A program made the translations under genes and the position numbers. Positions 11,709-25,020 of a stretch of 64,000 nucleotides of DNA are shown here, piece by piece (the stretch's first letter is position 1; each line of letters opens with the position of its first letter). The notes under the pieces were generated by a model. It was given only the letters and a program-made list of their open reading frames with translations. It was not told where the DNA came from and made no database searches. The DNA comes from Callorhinchus milii (lineage: Eukaryota), in NCBI RefSeq assembly GCF_018977255.1, contig NW_024704948.1:1-64000 (forward strand), in the 5' to 3' direction.

Positions 11709-13016
11709 TGCCGTATGTATTTAATGGCAGGTGGCGTTGACAGAGCGTTGATGGTGTAGTTGGATAATGTTGGCTGGGAGTCACTAAGATACCATGAGGA
11801 GGGATGAACACGAAATAATCTGTAGAAGTTGCCATATACTGTGAGGGAGCAAGTCTGAGGTTATGTACAAACCTTGTGTATGTGTCATTGCGCGTCATCT
11901 TCTCTTCTCTGCCATCTGACTCCTCCATTGGTTCTCGTCCATCACTGACATGTCTTCGTTCAGCCGAATAGGTGCCTGACACCTGCAGCAAGTTACACCC
12001 TTATTTCAGTTCATCCAAAACAATTGCGTGAGTTGCATATCTGTGTGCCATCTGTGCATGTCAATGTGCCTGTGGAAAGGAACTTGCTTTCTTCTTCGAA
12101 GGACACATCCTGATTATCTTCGCAGTTCTCCAGGCAAAGACCGTAACGAGTTTTGGGCAAGTTTCCTTTTTCCACACGCCGAACAGTAATCCATCGAAAA
12201 CAATAATAAATAGGTCAGTTTCATTCCAAGACTCCTTGTGGGACTATGCTGTGCGCAATTGCCTGCCGCGTTTCGCCCACATATATGCGGTCAATACACT
12301 TTACAGTAAATTCTGTGAAGCACTTTGAGACGTCTAGAAGACGTGAGAAGCGCTATATCAAATGCAACAGGTATTTATTACTGTTATAAGTGACAAGACT
12401 AGGGGTGGCAAATCTATGTGAGGCTAAATTCTGATTACGTACTTTCATTTTTTTCATTGATAAACGGGATTGATACGCCATCTGTCTACTTACAGGATTA
12501 CCATAATTTTCTCTTCATAAGCTGTGGAATATAAACATCTCTGCATCTATAATAATATTTGATGCCTTCGATAGAGCGCCTAATGATTGATTCGAGATAT
12601 GTCGATGCTATTCACAGCATATAATAGCAGTAACCATTATGATTATGATTGCGTTTTATATATGACCTGATCACATCATCGAGACGACTCAAATGGCCTC
12701 ACACGATATCATGCAATATGAATTGATTATACATTATTTTGGAGCAGTGTAGCTGCAAATTTCCCACAGCATCGTTCCGCAAACTCCCTTGGCAAAGTCT
12801 TCCCTTGTGAAAGGCCCCAACGGAATGTAATATTTCTAAATATATTTTCATATTCAATTGACCCAAAAACTATCCCATAGATTTCTGTCATGTTTTAAAA
12901 TTATAACTTTTTAAGGCAGTATTACCCTGGTAAAGCTTACCGCCAAATTACAAAGAACCGGGTTCCTACTCACTGAAGAGTGGAGTGCATGTGGAGTAAT
13001 GAAACTAATCACTGGA

Positions 13017-13055
13017 GGTTTGTGTACGGCCTCTCTATGTGATTGTGTCACTGTG
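13017..13055 (-). other. 23-RSS of V6
   Basis: CACAGTG-23-ACACAAACC. Confidence 0.92.
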
Positions 13056-13476
13056 TCTCCGCTGCACACACGTAGGTGGCGGCGTCTGTCACTTCTGTGC
13101 GTGTGATGCTCAGATTACTGCCCTTCTCTCTATAGTTCATTGTAGCTGTGATCCTCTTCGTCTGCTGCTCTCCTGTCTGTCCTGTTACCAAGTGTTTGAG
13201 GGTCTGGTTCGGATACTGTCTGTACCATTGTAATACCCGGTTTTCTGTTGTGGAACAGCTGATAATTACTTGTTCCTTCTCCGCAACAGTCACAGGGAGT
13301 GGCGACTGGGAGACTGTATCCTGACCACTGACACCTGGTAAACACAAAACAATTGGTTTGTGAAATTCACCCATTAATTTAAGTAGAATTACAAACAATT
13401 TCTGTAAAGCACACTCACCCCAGAGGGTCACGGCAGCTTTCAGGAGCAGGAACACTAAAGTGTAATCGCACTTCAT
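13056..13476 (-). CDS. TCR V gene V6 (family D, YVCAAET)
   Basis: Leader 13419-13476 MKCDYTLVFLLLKAAVTLW with GTGAGT donor, 84-nt intron, V exon 13056-13334. Confidence 0.92.
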
Positions 13477-14499
13477 AACGAATCTTTCAGCGCTTTGATG
13501 AACAAATGCAAGTTTCCTTTGAAACCTCAATCAACTTTCCTCACTCCACACGCCTCTGTTTACAGAACACGAAGTAGGAATCCGATAGTCAAATGACGAA
13601 TCGCTTTCAAAGGGTAATTATCCCTAAAAAAAAATTGGGACTCGACTCGAGTCTGTTTGATTATCTCTGTTTTGTCCAATTGTTTCTATAGTTTAGACCA
13701 TACAATACGCAGTCACTACACTTTACAGTTTATCATGTGAAGCGCATCCACATGCCTCAGAGATGATTTAAAGCGCTGTATAAAACGTCAAGTATTGTTA
13801 TGATAGTCACAAGAAGGCAGGACGAGGTATTCAGTGGAAGACCCTGAGTGTGTGCGGGCGGCTACACTATGTGTTGGCATCAAATCCCCGGGGGCAGGTG
13901 TCAAGTTGATAATAAGTTGAAACGAGACATTGCGACGGTTCAAAGCGAAAGGGGAGGAATCACGTAATATCAGCAGTTTCTCAGATGTCTCTGCCCCAAT
14001 TGGTGGAAAGTTTCCTTCCGGCCCATTTCCGCTCTATGCATCTGAGTTTCAGAAGTTTGGGCGCTAAACACAATCATTTATGGCTTAATTCATTGCTTCA
14101 AGTTATTTTACTGGGCTTTTTATTTCTCTGAATTACGCTTCATATATTGATATTGATTTTTGTTAAGCTGGTTTCTAACATACGTGGAAACCCCTTCACC
14201 ATATTTATGATTATCCAAATCAATCTGAGAGATATATTAACTTGCCATGCTTTTGATATCGCGACTGATCACGTCTACGAGACGCCTAAAAGCGCTACAC
14301 AGGTTATTGTGTCAAGTGCAGTGACAGCGTATTATATGGGGGAAACGTAGCAACGAATTGCATACATCAATGTCACACAAAACTGTGGCCGTTAGAGCGA
14401 CAATATTTTTTAAAAAATCGATTTTTTATGTTTTTTTATTATTCATTTCCTTGCGTCCAAACTACAACTGGATTTTTCCATGTATTGCAAACGAATACA

Positions 14500-14670
14500 T
14501 TCTCCGTCTCTCTCTCTTTCCCTCCGTCTCTCTTTCTCTGTCTCTCTTTCTGTCTCTCTCTCTCTGTCTCTCTCTCTCTCTCTCGCTCTCACCTTGTCTC
14601 TCTCTCTCTATCTAACTATCTATCTCTCTCATGCAAAAAANCACACACACACTCTCGCTCTTTCTCTCTG
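14500..14670. repeat. (CT)n/(CA)n microsatellite
   Basis: Direct inspection. Confidence 0.95.
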
Positions 14671-15321
14671 AAATAACCAATTCTGGTTGCTGAGTTGCTG
14701 AGAGTATGAGCTATAGCCCTCATCACATCTTCAGGACATCTGAAAGCGCTTCACGGTATCTACAGCAAAGTGTATACATTAGATGAAGTTTCGCAAGAGC
14801 AAAATTTAGGAACCTCTGATTCTGCTTTATGGTAACCCCTGGAGATCAGCAAGCTAAAACTGGGTTAATTTCAAGCGCCTTATCACGTCTTCGAGAAGCC
14901 TCAAAGCATGTTGCCTCATAGGCAATTTACACTATGTGTTGCTTGCGAGACGCGGCAGCGAATTCTACACAGCAGTGAACCGCAAATAGTGGTATATTGA
15001 TTAAACTCTATCTATTCCTTTATGAAGGGAACATTCCCTAGAAAAAAAAATATTCCCAAAATGAGGAACAGCTGGATTCCTACTTACTGCTCGGTAAACA
15101 GAGGCGAGTGGATGGAGTAAGGAAACTTGCCTAAGCTTCCGCCCTGACCTGAAGGGGAATCCAACCCAGGTCCACTCTCTTGTGATGCGAGTGGTATAAC
15201 CACACCAATACAGGACTCCACAGACTCTGTACACCACACTCCCTGTTATAATTGTGGAAACACATCAGTCTGTTCAAACCACGAACTTAAATGTGTGAGA
15301 AGAGGCCATGATTCTCTGCTG

Positions 15322-15360
15322 AGTTTTTGTACAGTGATTCTGCCTTCCTGTAACAGTGTG
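15322..15360 (-). other. 23-RSS of V7
   Basis: CACACTG-23-ACAAAAACT. Confidence 0.92.
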
Positions 15361-16177
15361 GGGTCCAGGGCACAGTAGTACACAGCGCTGTCACCCACAA
15401 CAGCCCCGAGTATCTGCAGGTTAATTACTTTATTCTCCTTGATCAGCTCGGCGGTGAAACGGTCAGGAGGGTTGTCTTCATTTCCAGAGGCATATATCCT
15501 GAACAAGTACTGAAGAGCTCCATCGGGATATTGCCTGTACCAGAAGGCAGTCTGCAATGAGGAATAACTGCAGTTCAGTGTCACGTTTTGTCCTTCAAAA
15601 TCTGTTATCTCGGGAGGATATTGGGTGACTGCATCTTGCCCGTAGACTTCTGAAAGTACAAAAAAAAAACATTTTGCTGAGCAACGTTCATGGAGATTTG
15701 CAATCATAATAATTATAATAATAATTTCACTTCTATATCACGTTATCGCACGGTTTGGACGTCTCAAAGCGCACACAGAATACATTATTATGAGAACTGA
15801 CTCTATATTTTGAGGGAGAAAAGTTGCAGCCAATTAAGCGCTGCGTTGTCGCCCAAACCGTCATGGAATGATTGACGAAATTACTATTGATTGATTTATT
15901 CTTTAATATATTATTACTTTCGGATAGCTATCCCTGAAACAATTATCAACCGGGTTCCTACTTACCGCCGATAATCACAGGCTTGAGGTCTAAGCAAATT
16001 TGCTGGAAGTTTCAATTTGCCCGAGAATCGAAAACAGGTCCTGTCGCTTGAGAGGTGAGTGCTCTCAACACTAAGCTTCTGATATAATATAATGTAAAGG
16101 CCATGCTCTGGATATGTCCACTCATACTTACCGGCTATGGTGAGGATTGCTATCAGTAACTGGCAGTGAGCTGTCAT
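15361..16177 (-). CDS. TCR V gene V7 (family A)
   Basis: Leader 16132-16177, V exon 15361-15649. The V protein differs from V1 only at VVGD versus VVDD. Confidence 0.93.
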
Positions 16178-17229
16178 GTTGGCCGCTGAGTTGTGGACAG
16201 ACAATCGGATCTCTTCCTTTGTATATCGCTGTGTTGCTGCTTCAGTGACAAGTTGTGAGGTAGCGGCTGATCTGATGTGTTCATTGGTTTATTACCTCCA
16301 ATTGTAGGCGTTTCCCACTCACCAGAAGTTCTTAAATTTGATCTTCTGGCGATTGGTAGCCAATGGGCCTGGGATTGGATGGGAGCAACGACTTGTCTTT
16401 CACCCACAAAGAATGTACTTTACGTTATATTCTGTGATGCTATTTGAGACGTCTGGAATAGTAATGAGTCGCTGTATAAAGTGCAAAGTCTATTATCATT
16501 GCTGTGATTGCTTTAGTTTGGTTGCTGTTGAACAATGCAGCCCAACCTAAGTAATTGAAGCTTTAATTTCTACCATCAAAGCTGAGGTGAAAGCCTTTCC
16601 CTGTTGATGATAGTTTCTATTCTGAGTCAGAATGTTGTTGGTTCAGGAGACAAGTCGGCACTTTGAGCCCACAGTCTCGACTGAAAGTCAAATACAGGAC
16701 TGTGGGTGGAATGCGTTGTCCTCAAAACTCAGATAAAACCGATCATTGACGTTATGAATATTCGTGGGGAAATTAATGTTTGAATATTGCTTCATATTTT
16801 GGCTCACAACGTGCAGTCACTGCTTCTTACAGAAATGCCATTTAAAGTCTTGGAACCGCCTCCAACGTGAAAAGAGCTGTATTAAAGGCAAGTAATATTG
16901 TTATTGTTAATATTGTTATCGACGGCCAAATCTTCTTATCATTGCAACAAAATAAGGAATCTGCAAACTCAGATACCTAAACCATATTAAACAAAGTCAG
17001 ATTTAATCTTCTTCTGCATTGAAACCGAAACAAGCGAACATAATGCTGCTAACAAAATGAAGCACATTTGTTCCCGAAATGAGAACTATTAAGTGCGGCT
17101 GCTTACTTGGGAGAATGACAATTAAACATAGACTCAGCAATTTAAATTGCTTCTTGAGTAACCTAAGGCCACGCCGTAGGCAAATCTTTGTAAATTGCAG
17201 CTGATCCAGTAACAGTGTATAAGTTGGAA

Positions 17230-17450
17230 GTGTGTCACCTGTAACAGGAAGCACCTGTTATTGCTGACAAGTCAATTAGTTACAGAAAGGAACCTGACAA
17301 GTTATCTGAGTTGCAGCTCATGTTATATATGTTTTGGTGCGACATCTGCTGCTGGATTGCAGCTAAAGCACGTGTACCGTTGGAGGCATTTAACAGCAAA
17401 TAGTTCAAATAGTTAATCTTATCTTTTCCGGTTGCGAATGTTGCTGTATA
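17230..17450 (-). promoter_or_regulatory. Repeated intergenic module copy 2
   Basis: CACCTG-taa-CAGGAAG-CACCTG; GCAGCAGATGTCGC on the minus strand at 17339-17352. Confidence 0.5.
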
Positions 17451-17930
17451 AAAGAAAGTTGTTGTTTTGGCTGCAAGTCTACTTTAAACAGCACAGATGG
17501 ACATGCACACGTTGCGAGACTCCCAAGGAAGCAAGACGCTTGAAGTCATTTATGTGAATGTAGCATTATTATATTTAATAATAATAATAAAATTCATTGC
17601 ATTGATTCACTTGGTAAAGCGCCATATCTCGTATTCGAGACACTTCAAATCCCTTCAGAGAATAGACTGTACACGAGTTGACTGCATATTGTATGGGAGA
17701 AACGCGGCAGTCAATTGCTCACATCAGTGTCACACTGGATTGAGTGCACACTTCAGTAATAATATTATTGTTTTGAAGGAATTATTAACGCTGGGAAATC
17801 GATTCGCCAATCGAATAACAACCGGGTTCCTTCTTTTACTGCTCGTTGAACAGAGTTGTTCGTGGAATAAGGAAACGTGCACAAAGCGAGGCGAATCCTC
17901 TCTCTACTGAGCTACAGGACTCCACCTGAC

Positions 17931-17969
17931 AGTTTTTGTACGGAGGAACCGCTGATCTGTGCCTCTGTG
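17931..17969 (-). other. 23-RSS of V8
   Basis: CACAGAG-23-ACAAAAACT. Confidence 0.92.
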
Positions 17970-18818
17970 GGGCTCAGTGCACAGTAATACACCGCGGAGT
18001 CTGTAACTCTCACTTGCAATATATTCATGTGAACGGTTGTCTCCGCTTGAGACACATTCGTTGAGAAACGTTCTTTTGCAAAGTCTGCACGTTGCTGCTT
18101 GTTATTCCTGATGTACGTATTAAGGATATATTCTGGAGCTTTGTTGGGGTAGTGTCTGTACCAGAACAGATATGGATTATCGTTGTTTGTAGCTGTATAA
18201 TTACACTGCAGATAAACAGTCTCCCCTTCATTCACTGTCACAGTAGATTGGAGCTGTGTCACAGAGACTCCTCCACAATGTCCTGGGAACAAGACAAAAA
18301 TCAGCGTTCAACACAGTAACAACATTAATAATAATATTATTGATACAGCGACTGATCATGTTTTCGTAACATCTCAAAGTACTTCACAGAAAACACTTTA
18401 ACTGTATTTCTTGGGCCAATGCAGCACCCAATTATGCAATAGCACACGAACAGTCGTGGTTTGATTGAACGAATCGTGAACAAAATCGTAGGGATTATCC
18501 TACCATGAAAATCCATTCGCAAATTCACTTACAACGGATTCCTACAGCTATTGAAACAGAGTCGTGTGTTCGTAGTAACGAAATTCACCTGAGGTTTCTC
18601 CCTGCCCAGGCATCAAACCCAAGTCCTCTCTCTTGCGATGCGAGTGCTATATCAACTGAGCTACAGGACTCTACAACGCCAAAATTCCTGCAGCGTTTTG
18701 CTTATCTAATGCAAGAAAATAGGCATTGGACAATATCTGCGGCATAGAGACTTCTTGAGCGAGTTGATGGCTTACCTGACAAGATAACGATGGCGACCAC
18801 ATAGATATACATTGTCAT
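17970..18818 (-). CDS. TCR V gene V8 (family B)
   Basis: Leader 18776-18818, V exon 17970-18282, open, ends YYCALSP. Confidence 0.93.
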
Positions 18819-20593
18819 ATGTATTTAATGGCAACGGGCGTTGACAGTGCGTTGATGGTGTAGTTGGAGAATGTTGGCTGAGAGGAAGTACGATACAGTG
18901 ATGAGCTGAATAAGAAATCATACACAGAAGTTGCCATATGCCGTGAAGGAGCAGATCTGAGGGTTATGTACTAAACTTGTGTCCCTCTCGTTGCTCGTCA
19001 TCTTCTCTGCGCTGCCATCTCTCTCCTCCATTGGTTCTCTTCCATCACGGACATGTCTCTGTAGAACCGGGTGTCTGACACATGGAGCAAGTTACTCCCT
19101 CCTTAAACTCCTCCAATGCCTGTACATGAGTTCCACTTTTGTGTTCTCTTGAAGGACTCATCCTGATCAGTTAACTTTTCATGTCACGAGGCGCAGACTG
19201 GCCACGAAACAAGACTCGGGGCAGGTAAATCTCTGTTGGGCGACACTCTGATCATGTACTTATTAATTGTCTTTTATTACTCATGTCCACGCTTGTTATG
19301 CCAACTATCCGATGGCAGGACAATCCCTCCCCCCGAGCCCCCAACACCCAACTTTCGCAAACAGCAGATTTTCACATCTCTTCTTCTGAAGTGACAATGA
19401 TCAGTGCATTTGATATAGTTCCTGATCACATTACTGCGACCTCTCATAGCGCTTCTCAGTTTGTGCATTAAACTGTAGTGACTGTTTGTTTTGTGGAATA
19501 AACGCGGCAGCCCATGTGCACGCAAGTCGTCTCACAAACAGTGCTCGATGTGTTGAGCACATTTGAAAAACAAGTCCTGCCTGTTAACAACCTCTCAAAA
19601 CTTTATCGCTGAAACCACGACTGTTGTGTGAAATTGGTTCCCGAGTTTCGCCCATAAAATTCACAGTCACGACACATTATACTGCATTCGCTGCAGTGCT
19701 GTGAGGCATCGCGGAGACGAGACGAAGCGCTGTATCAAATGTCAAGAATTATTGTGATATAGATGTTTAAAACGAGGTCGGATGTTGTATTAAGTGGAAG
19801 CCCCTGAGTGTGTGCAGACGGCTGGAAACTTTCTGCCAGTTACTGTGTTGTACGATTTATTTCGCGGAATGATCCTTCATACATAATCATATAGTTTTCT
19901 TAAACTGGTGTCTGACATATATGGAAACCATTTCCATGCATATGATTATCTAAACCCACCTTTGGGTTGTAATAAAAGCGCTGGTAATTAACATAACGAT
20001 TTATCACTTGTCCGAGTCGACTGTACGATCCTCAGAGGGTACCGTGTAAAGTGCATCGACAGTGTACTTTGTGGGCAACACCCGGCAGCCAAGTGCATAG
20101 TGCAGCGTCTCTCATACAGTCTTTGATCGAGTGATCCATTTTGTTGATGGATTATTACACCCGAAAAAAGAGATAATCCAAACTGCTGTGAATCGGGTTC
20201 CTAGTTCCGCCTCAGTAAACCATTAAAAATAATAAGGATCTTTGCATTTTATACAGCGCTTTATCACTTATTCGATGACACATAGCATTTGGTAGGTTGT
20301 ACCGTGAAGTAAATTGACTGTTTATGTTATGGCCGTAATGTCGCAGTCGTTTGCGCGCAGCAGTGTCCTACAAACAGTTGTGGATTGAATTTTTTTCTCT
20401 ATTTATAGGAATTATCACCATCGGAAAAACGATCCGTCAATCAACTAACAACCATATTCCGACTTACTGCTGGATATACAGACGCATGTAGAGTAACGAA
20501 ACTTGGCCAACATTTTGCACTGCCCGATATTGAACCCAATTATTTCGCTTGCGAAGCGAGTGCTCTAACCATTGAGTTGCAGTAAAACCAACA

Positions 20594-20632
20594 TGTTTTT
20601 GTACAGGTACCTCTTGGACACACAGCACTGTG
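20594..20632 (-). other. 23-RSS of V9
   Basis: CACAGTG-23-ACAAAAACA. Confidence 0.93.
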
Positions 20633-21091
20633 CCTTCCGCACAAAAGTAAGTGGCGGTGTCTGTCACCCGAAGGTTTTGGATTGTTAGAGTGCAGTTTCT
20701 CTGTCTTGTATTAGCCAAAGCGCGTATCCTGTCCTTCATATTGATGTCTTTTGTCCCCAAAACCAAGAACCGGATGGAACCGTTTCCATACTGTGTGTAC
20801 CAATGAAAGGTTGGGCTGTACCCTGTGGTGTTGCACTCCATAGATACGTTTCCATTTTCATTCCCTGTCACGGCCTGAGGTGACTGTGAAACATCACTGT
20901 CAGCCAATACACCTGGAAAGATAACATAAATGAACATACTCGCAAAGGAATTAGGATAGTGTCTGGCGCGATAAACTGTAATTATTTTGCAGGTAAAAAA
21001 GAATTTGTTTATCCAAATTCATGCACTACTTACACAAAAGCTTTATTGTTAAATTCAAAATAATATACGTTGCGCTGAAAATCTGCTTCAT
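20633..21091 (-). CDS. TCR V gene V9 (family C, YFCAEG)
   Basis: Leader 21034-21091 MKQIFSATYIILNLTIKLL, V exon 20633-20912, open. Confidence 0.92.
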
Positions 21092-21769
21092 TCTCAACTC
21101 TCTTCGATCCACTTCAATATATATCGATGAATTGCAACCAGAAATCATCTAAAGTCAGCGTCTGGTGGATAAACGTTGGTTCACTTGAGACGTTGACTCT
21201 TATCCCCGCGTCATTACTCTGTCTCTGTTCATTGCTGGAGATGTATTGCGACTCCTCCTATCTTTTAAGTTCAGATTCCCTCCGCTTCGCAGTGGCAAAC
21301 CACAGTAATGTGTGAAAGAGACAGTGTAGAGGAAGCGAGTTACAAAGACTGAAGCAGATAAAGGTAAAAATAACAATAACCCATATAACGCCTTATCACG
21401 TCATTTAGACGTCCCAAAGCGCTTCATGGAGTATACTGTAAAGTTAATTGACTGCATAAGTTGTGGGACAGTGCGGCAGATCATTACGCGCATACGTCGC
21501 CCACAAATATTTGTGGCTTGAATGACTTATTTAGCATTTTTTAAGGAAATGTTACCACTGAAATCTATCAGCCATCTGAGTAGCAACCGGGTTACTATTT
21601 ACTCCAAGCCGTGTGGAGTAAGGATAAGTGCCAAAAAATTTGCCCCAATAAGAATCGAACCAATGTCTCTTTCTTCCGAGGCGAGTGCTCTAACCACTGA
21701 GCTATACGTCCAGATGTCCTGAGGAATGAGCCCAGATCTTGATCATAATAATAATTATTAGACAGAGCC

Positions 21770-21990
21770 TAACAATAATTCCTCCAAATCCAAGAACAAT
21801 AATAAATTGGTCATTTCCAATCTACCTCTGTTTGTGAGACATTGCTGTGCGCAATTGGCTGCCGCGTTCGCCCACAAACATACAGTCAATTCACTTTCCA
21901 GTGTGTTCTGTGAAGCGCTTTGGGACGTCCTCCCGACGTGAAAAGCGCTATACAAATGCAAGGATTATTATTATTATTATTATTATAGTG
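21770..21990 (+). mobile_element. Young short-subfamily SINE body and tail
   Basis: CTGTGCGCAATTGGCTGCCGCG..TGTGAAGCGCTTTGGGACGTCCTCCCGACGTGAAAAGCGCTATACAAATGCAAGG(ATT)n. Confidence 0.8.
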
Positions 21991-22656
21991 ATGATTATAT
22001 TTATGATTGCATTTGGTAAAGCGCCCAAAAGTGCCATTGGGACGACAGAAAGCGTTTCGCAGAATATGATGTGCAGCGTTATGATGTACAGAGATTACTG
22101 GAGGCGAAACGGGTCGTCTACTGCACACGAGTATTCATATGTACAGGGAACAACTTGTTGTTATTTTTTNAAGGGATTATTAATTCTGGAAAAGCGATGA
22201 GCCAAGAGACTATCAACCGTGTTGCTGCTTCTACGAGATAGACAGAGGCAAAATAACAATTATGTTGTATTATATTATGTATAGCAACGACATTGTGATT
22301 GTGACAGTTGAAACGTGGTCGTCTATTGCACACAAAGAGTAAACGATTGAGCTACCAAACTGTTGTTATAATTTTTAAGGAATTGTTACTCCTGGAAAAG
22401 CGACACGCTGTTGGAATGCCAACCGTGTGCCTGCAACTGATAGGAAGGCAGAGGTATGTGTGTGGAGCAAAGAAATTTACCCTATGTTTCGTCCCACCCG
22501 GGAATCAAACCCAAGACTTCACGCTTAAGAGCTGAATTAGCTAAAGTCAAAACAATATAACACAGGACTCTGTGAGTAAACAGACATAAATGCTGTTTTA
22601 ATTTTACTTGATGCAATGGTTCCCCCTCGCGTTTCAGCAGCAAATGAACCGCTTGC

Positions 22657-22695
22657 AGTTTTTGTACGGTGCCGCCACAGCTCGGCAGCAGTGTG
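22657..22695 (-). other. 23-RSS of V10
   Basis: CACACTG-23-ACAAAAACT. Confidence 0.92.
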
Positions 22696-23471
22696 GGCCT
22701 CTTGGCGCAGTAATACACGGCACTGTCCCCGATCAGGACGTTGGCAATACTCAGTTTGAAATCTTCGTTCGTTTTATCGACTTTGGAGGAAAATCGATGT
22801 TGGAAGTCTGGGCTCTTATTATCCTTCCCTGCAACAGACTGAAGAATGTAGACAGGAGCGTTCCTGGAGGCTTGTCGGTACCAAAACAGACCGTACGCGT
22901 CACTTATTTTCTTTAAGGTGCAGGATAATTTCACATCTTTACTCTCTTCAACTGATATTTCAGCAATCGGTTGATTCCCAATGTCTTGCAGGCTGTTTCC
23001 TGTGATTTAAAAGAAAATATTGTTGAGCAGCAAGTTTGTCTAATATGAAGACTGTAGTGAATTGGTGAGAGCATTCGCCTCAGAAGCAAGAGTTATGTGG
23101 CTTTGATATCAGGACAGGGGAAAGCTGAGGAAATTTTCCCTACTCCATACGCCTTTGTTTCAGAAGCAGTAAATAGGAACACGTTTACAAGTCGATTGGC
23201 GCTTCTCTTTTCCAGGGGTAATTAGCCCTTCAATAATGGATCAATAATGAAACAGATAATAATTTGGTCATTCAATCCATGATTATTTGAAGAAAACTGC
23301 TGTGCACAATCGGCTCGAATAAAGGATTAGGCACTATATCAAATTCAATGATTATTAATATTATAATGCGGTAAAAGTTATAACAAGATATTAGAAAAAG
23401 AAGGTATACAAAAGATACGAACGGTAAAGTAAGCTGAGAGTGATTGAGAGCACAGCACATGTCTCCCACAT
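22696..23471 (-). CDS. TCR V gene V10 (family E, YYCAKRP); weak leader donor
   Basis: V exon 22696-22999 (NSLQDIGNQPIAE..LSC..FWYRQ..YYCAKRP). Leader 23423-23471 MWETCAVLSITLSLLY, with donor GTTCGT where V18 has GTTAGT. Confidence 0.85.
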
Positions 23472-23539
23472 GAGCATCCTGATCCCGTGTCTGACATTAA
23501 CTCCCCAATGTGGACTGATGGGGCTTTTGGGCTCCGTAG

Positions 23540-23760
23540 CCACACTGTTACAGCCCCATCCACACAGAGCCCCGCCCACACAGCCACTGCCACGCCCACA
23601 GAGCTACCATTCAGTCACTGCCCCGCCCACACAGTCACTGCCACGCCCACAGAGCTACGTCATTCAGTCACTGCCCCGCCCACACTACGCCACAGCGCCC
23701 AATCACTGCCGTTACTTTACAGAGCCCCGCCCACACTGAGCCCCGCCCCTTCCACTCCCC
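23540..23760. repeat. GC-box minisatellite upstream of the V10 leader
   Basis: Five CCCCGCCC, plus CCACGCCC and TACGTCA units, in imperfect tandem repeats. Confidence 0.8.
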
Positions 23761-24229
23761 CCACACAAACACACAAAGTGCCACACAATCAGGTCATTCA
23801 ATCCACAATAATGTTGGGCACTCTTTTACACAGTTGGCTACCAAATTTCGCCCACACAATACAATCTAACGACCCATTCAACCCCTCCCCCCCTCCACCC
23901 CACACCCCACAATCTCCCACACCCACAGTGCCGCAAAGTAAGGCAACTCAAACCACAGCAATTTGCGGGACATTGCTGTACACAATTGGCATCAAACAGT
24001 ATCGTCACTCAACTTTCCAGCGTATTCTGTGAAGAGCTTCCAGACATCTCAATGACATAATATGGCAGTATATCAAATGCAATCTTTGTTATTATTATCG
24101 TTAGTATTACTGTTCTGAATAAGACATGCTCTTACAATTGTGTTCATTAACCGTGTTAGAGAAATGGTTTTATCAAATAGAGCCTTGTCATTTGGTCAAT
24201 ACGCCACAAAACTCCTGCGGTAGAAACCT

Positions 24230-24370
24230 GGTTATATCTCGAGCAGTGCAATGGCAGTTTTATAGTCCCTTCGTACAAGCCGCCTGGACCTGGGATTAAC
24301 ATCAACTCGGCAGGACGAGCTTCACCGACAATAAAAGCAGCCAGGCCTGCTCTAGAGTGTCAGCCCAGAA
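24230..24370 (-). mobile_element. Old Deu-domain-like SINE fragment (paralog at ~46470-46612)
   Basis: GAGCAGTGCAATGG..GG(A/T)TTAA..CCGACAAT..GAGTGTCAGCCCAGA resembles the antisense Deu domain of SacSINE1/AmnSINE (recalled pattern). Confidence 0.45.
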
Positions 24371-24802
24371 CAGAAAAAAATAATCCAATACATATTAGAC
24401 AGTGATCTTTTCAGTCGCATTTCAATGTGTCAGTTGCGGGATGAAATATCACTGTTGTTGTTATACAGTTATATACTATTAAGTTGCTTAATGTTCACGT
24501 TTAATGTAGTTGCCTAACCAAACAGTGAGGAGGGGAGACGTAATTTTTTTTCACACAGCAAGTTATTCCGATCTTGAACGCGTTGCCTGAAAGGGCAACT
24601 GAAGCAGTTACGGTTACAACTTTCAAGAGGGAATTGTTATAACGTAGATAAAACTATTTATTAGCGGCTGCTATTTGGGATGAAGGCAATAACATTCAAC
24701 GTGCAGCATAGAACTTGTTTCTTGAGCAACCTAAGCATTGTATGAATACTTTAGGCAAATATTTGTAAATTTCAGTTGAAATAGCAATAGTGGAAATGAG
24801 TG

Positions 24803-25020
24803 AAATATGTCAACTGCAACAGGAAGCACCTGTTACTGCTGCAAAGGAAGTTAGTTACAGAAAGTAACGCGACAAGTTATGTGAGTTGCAGCTCATGTTC
24901 TATGTGTTTGTTTAATGCGCCATCTTCTGGTGGGTTGTAGCTACAGCACGTTTACAATTGGAGGGTTTTCACAACCTAACTATTTTGGGCCCGTCTTGCC
25001 TTTCCTTGGTGCTATGTTCT
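24803..25020 (-). promoter_or_regulatory. Repeated intergenic module copy 3
   Basis: CAACTG-caa-CAGGAAG-CACCTG; CCAGAAGATGGCGC on the minus strand at 24917-24930. Confidence 0.55.

Noticed and set aside
12470-12495. AGATGGC(A/G) CTCF half-sites near D genes (12478, 27680, 49890) and in B promoters
   Set aside because: Only the 3' half of the motif matches, with four or more mismatches in the 5' half.
13335-13418. 84-nt in-frame, stop-free leader intron in V6 and V12 (possible retained-intron isoform)
   Set aside because: Splice sites are canonical, 28 stop-free codons can arise by chance, the two copies are one recent duplicate, and the V20 and V21 introns do not share it.
23540-23760. CRISPR-like or prokaryotic repeat arrays
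   Set aside because: The context is vertebrate, and the repeats are degenerate tandem units without unique spacers.
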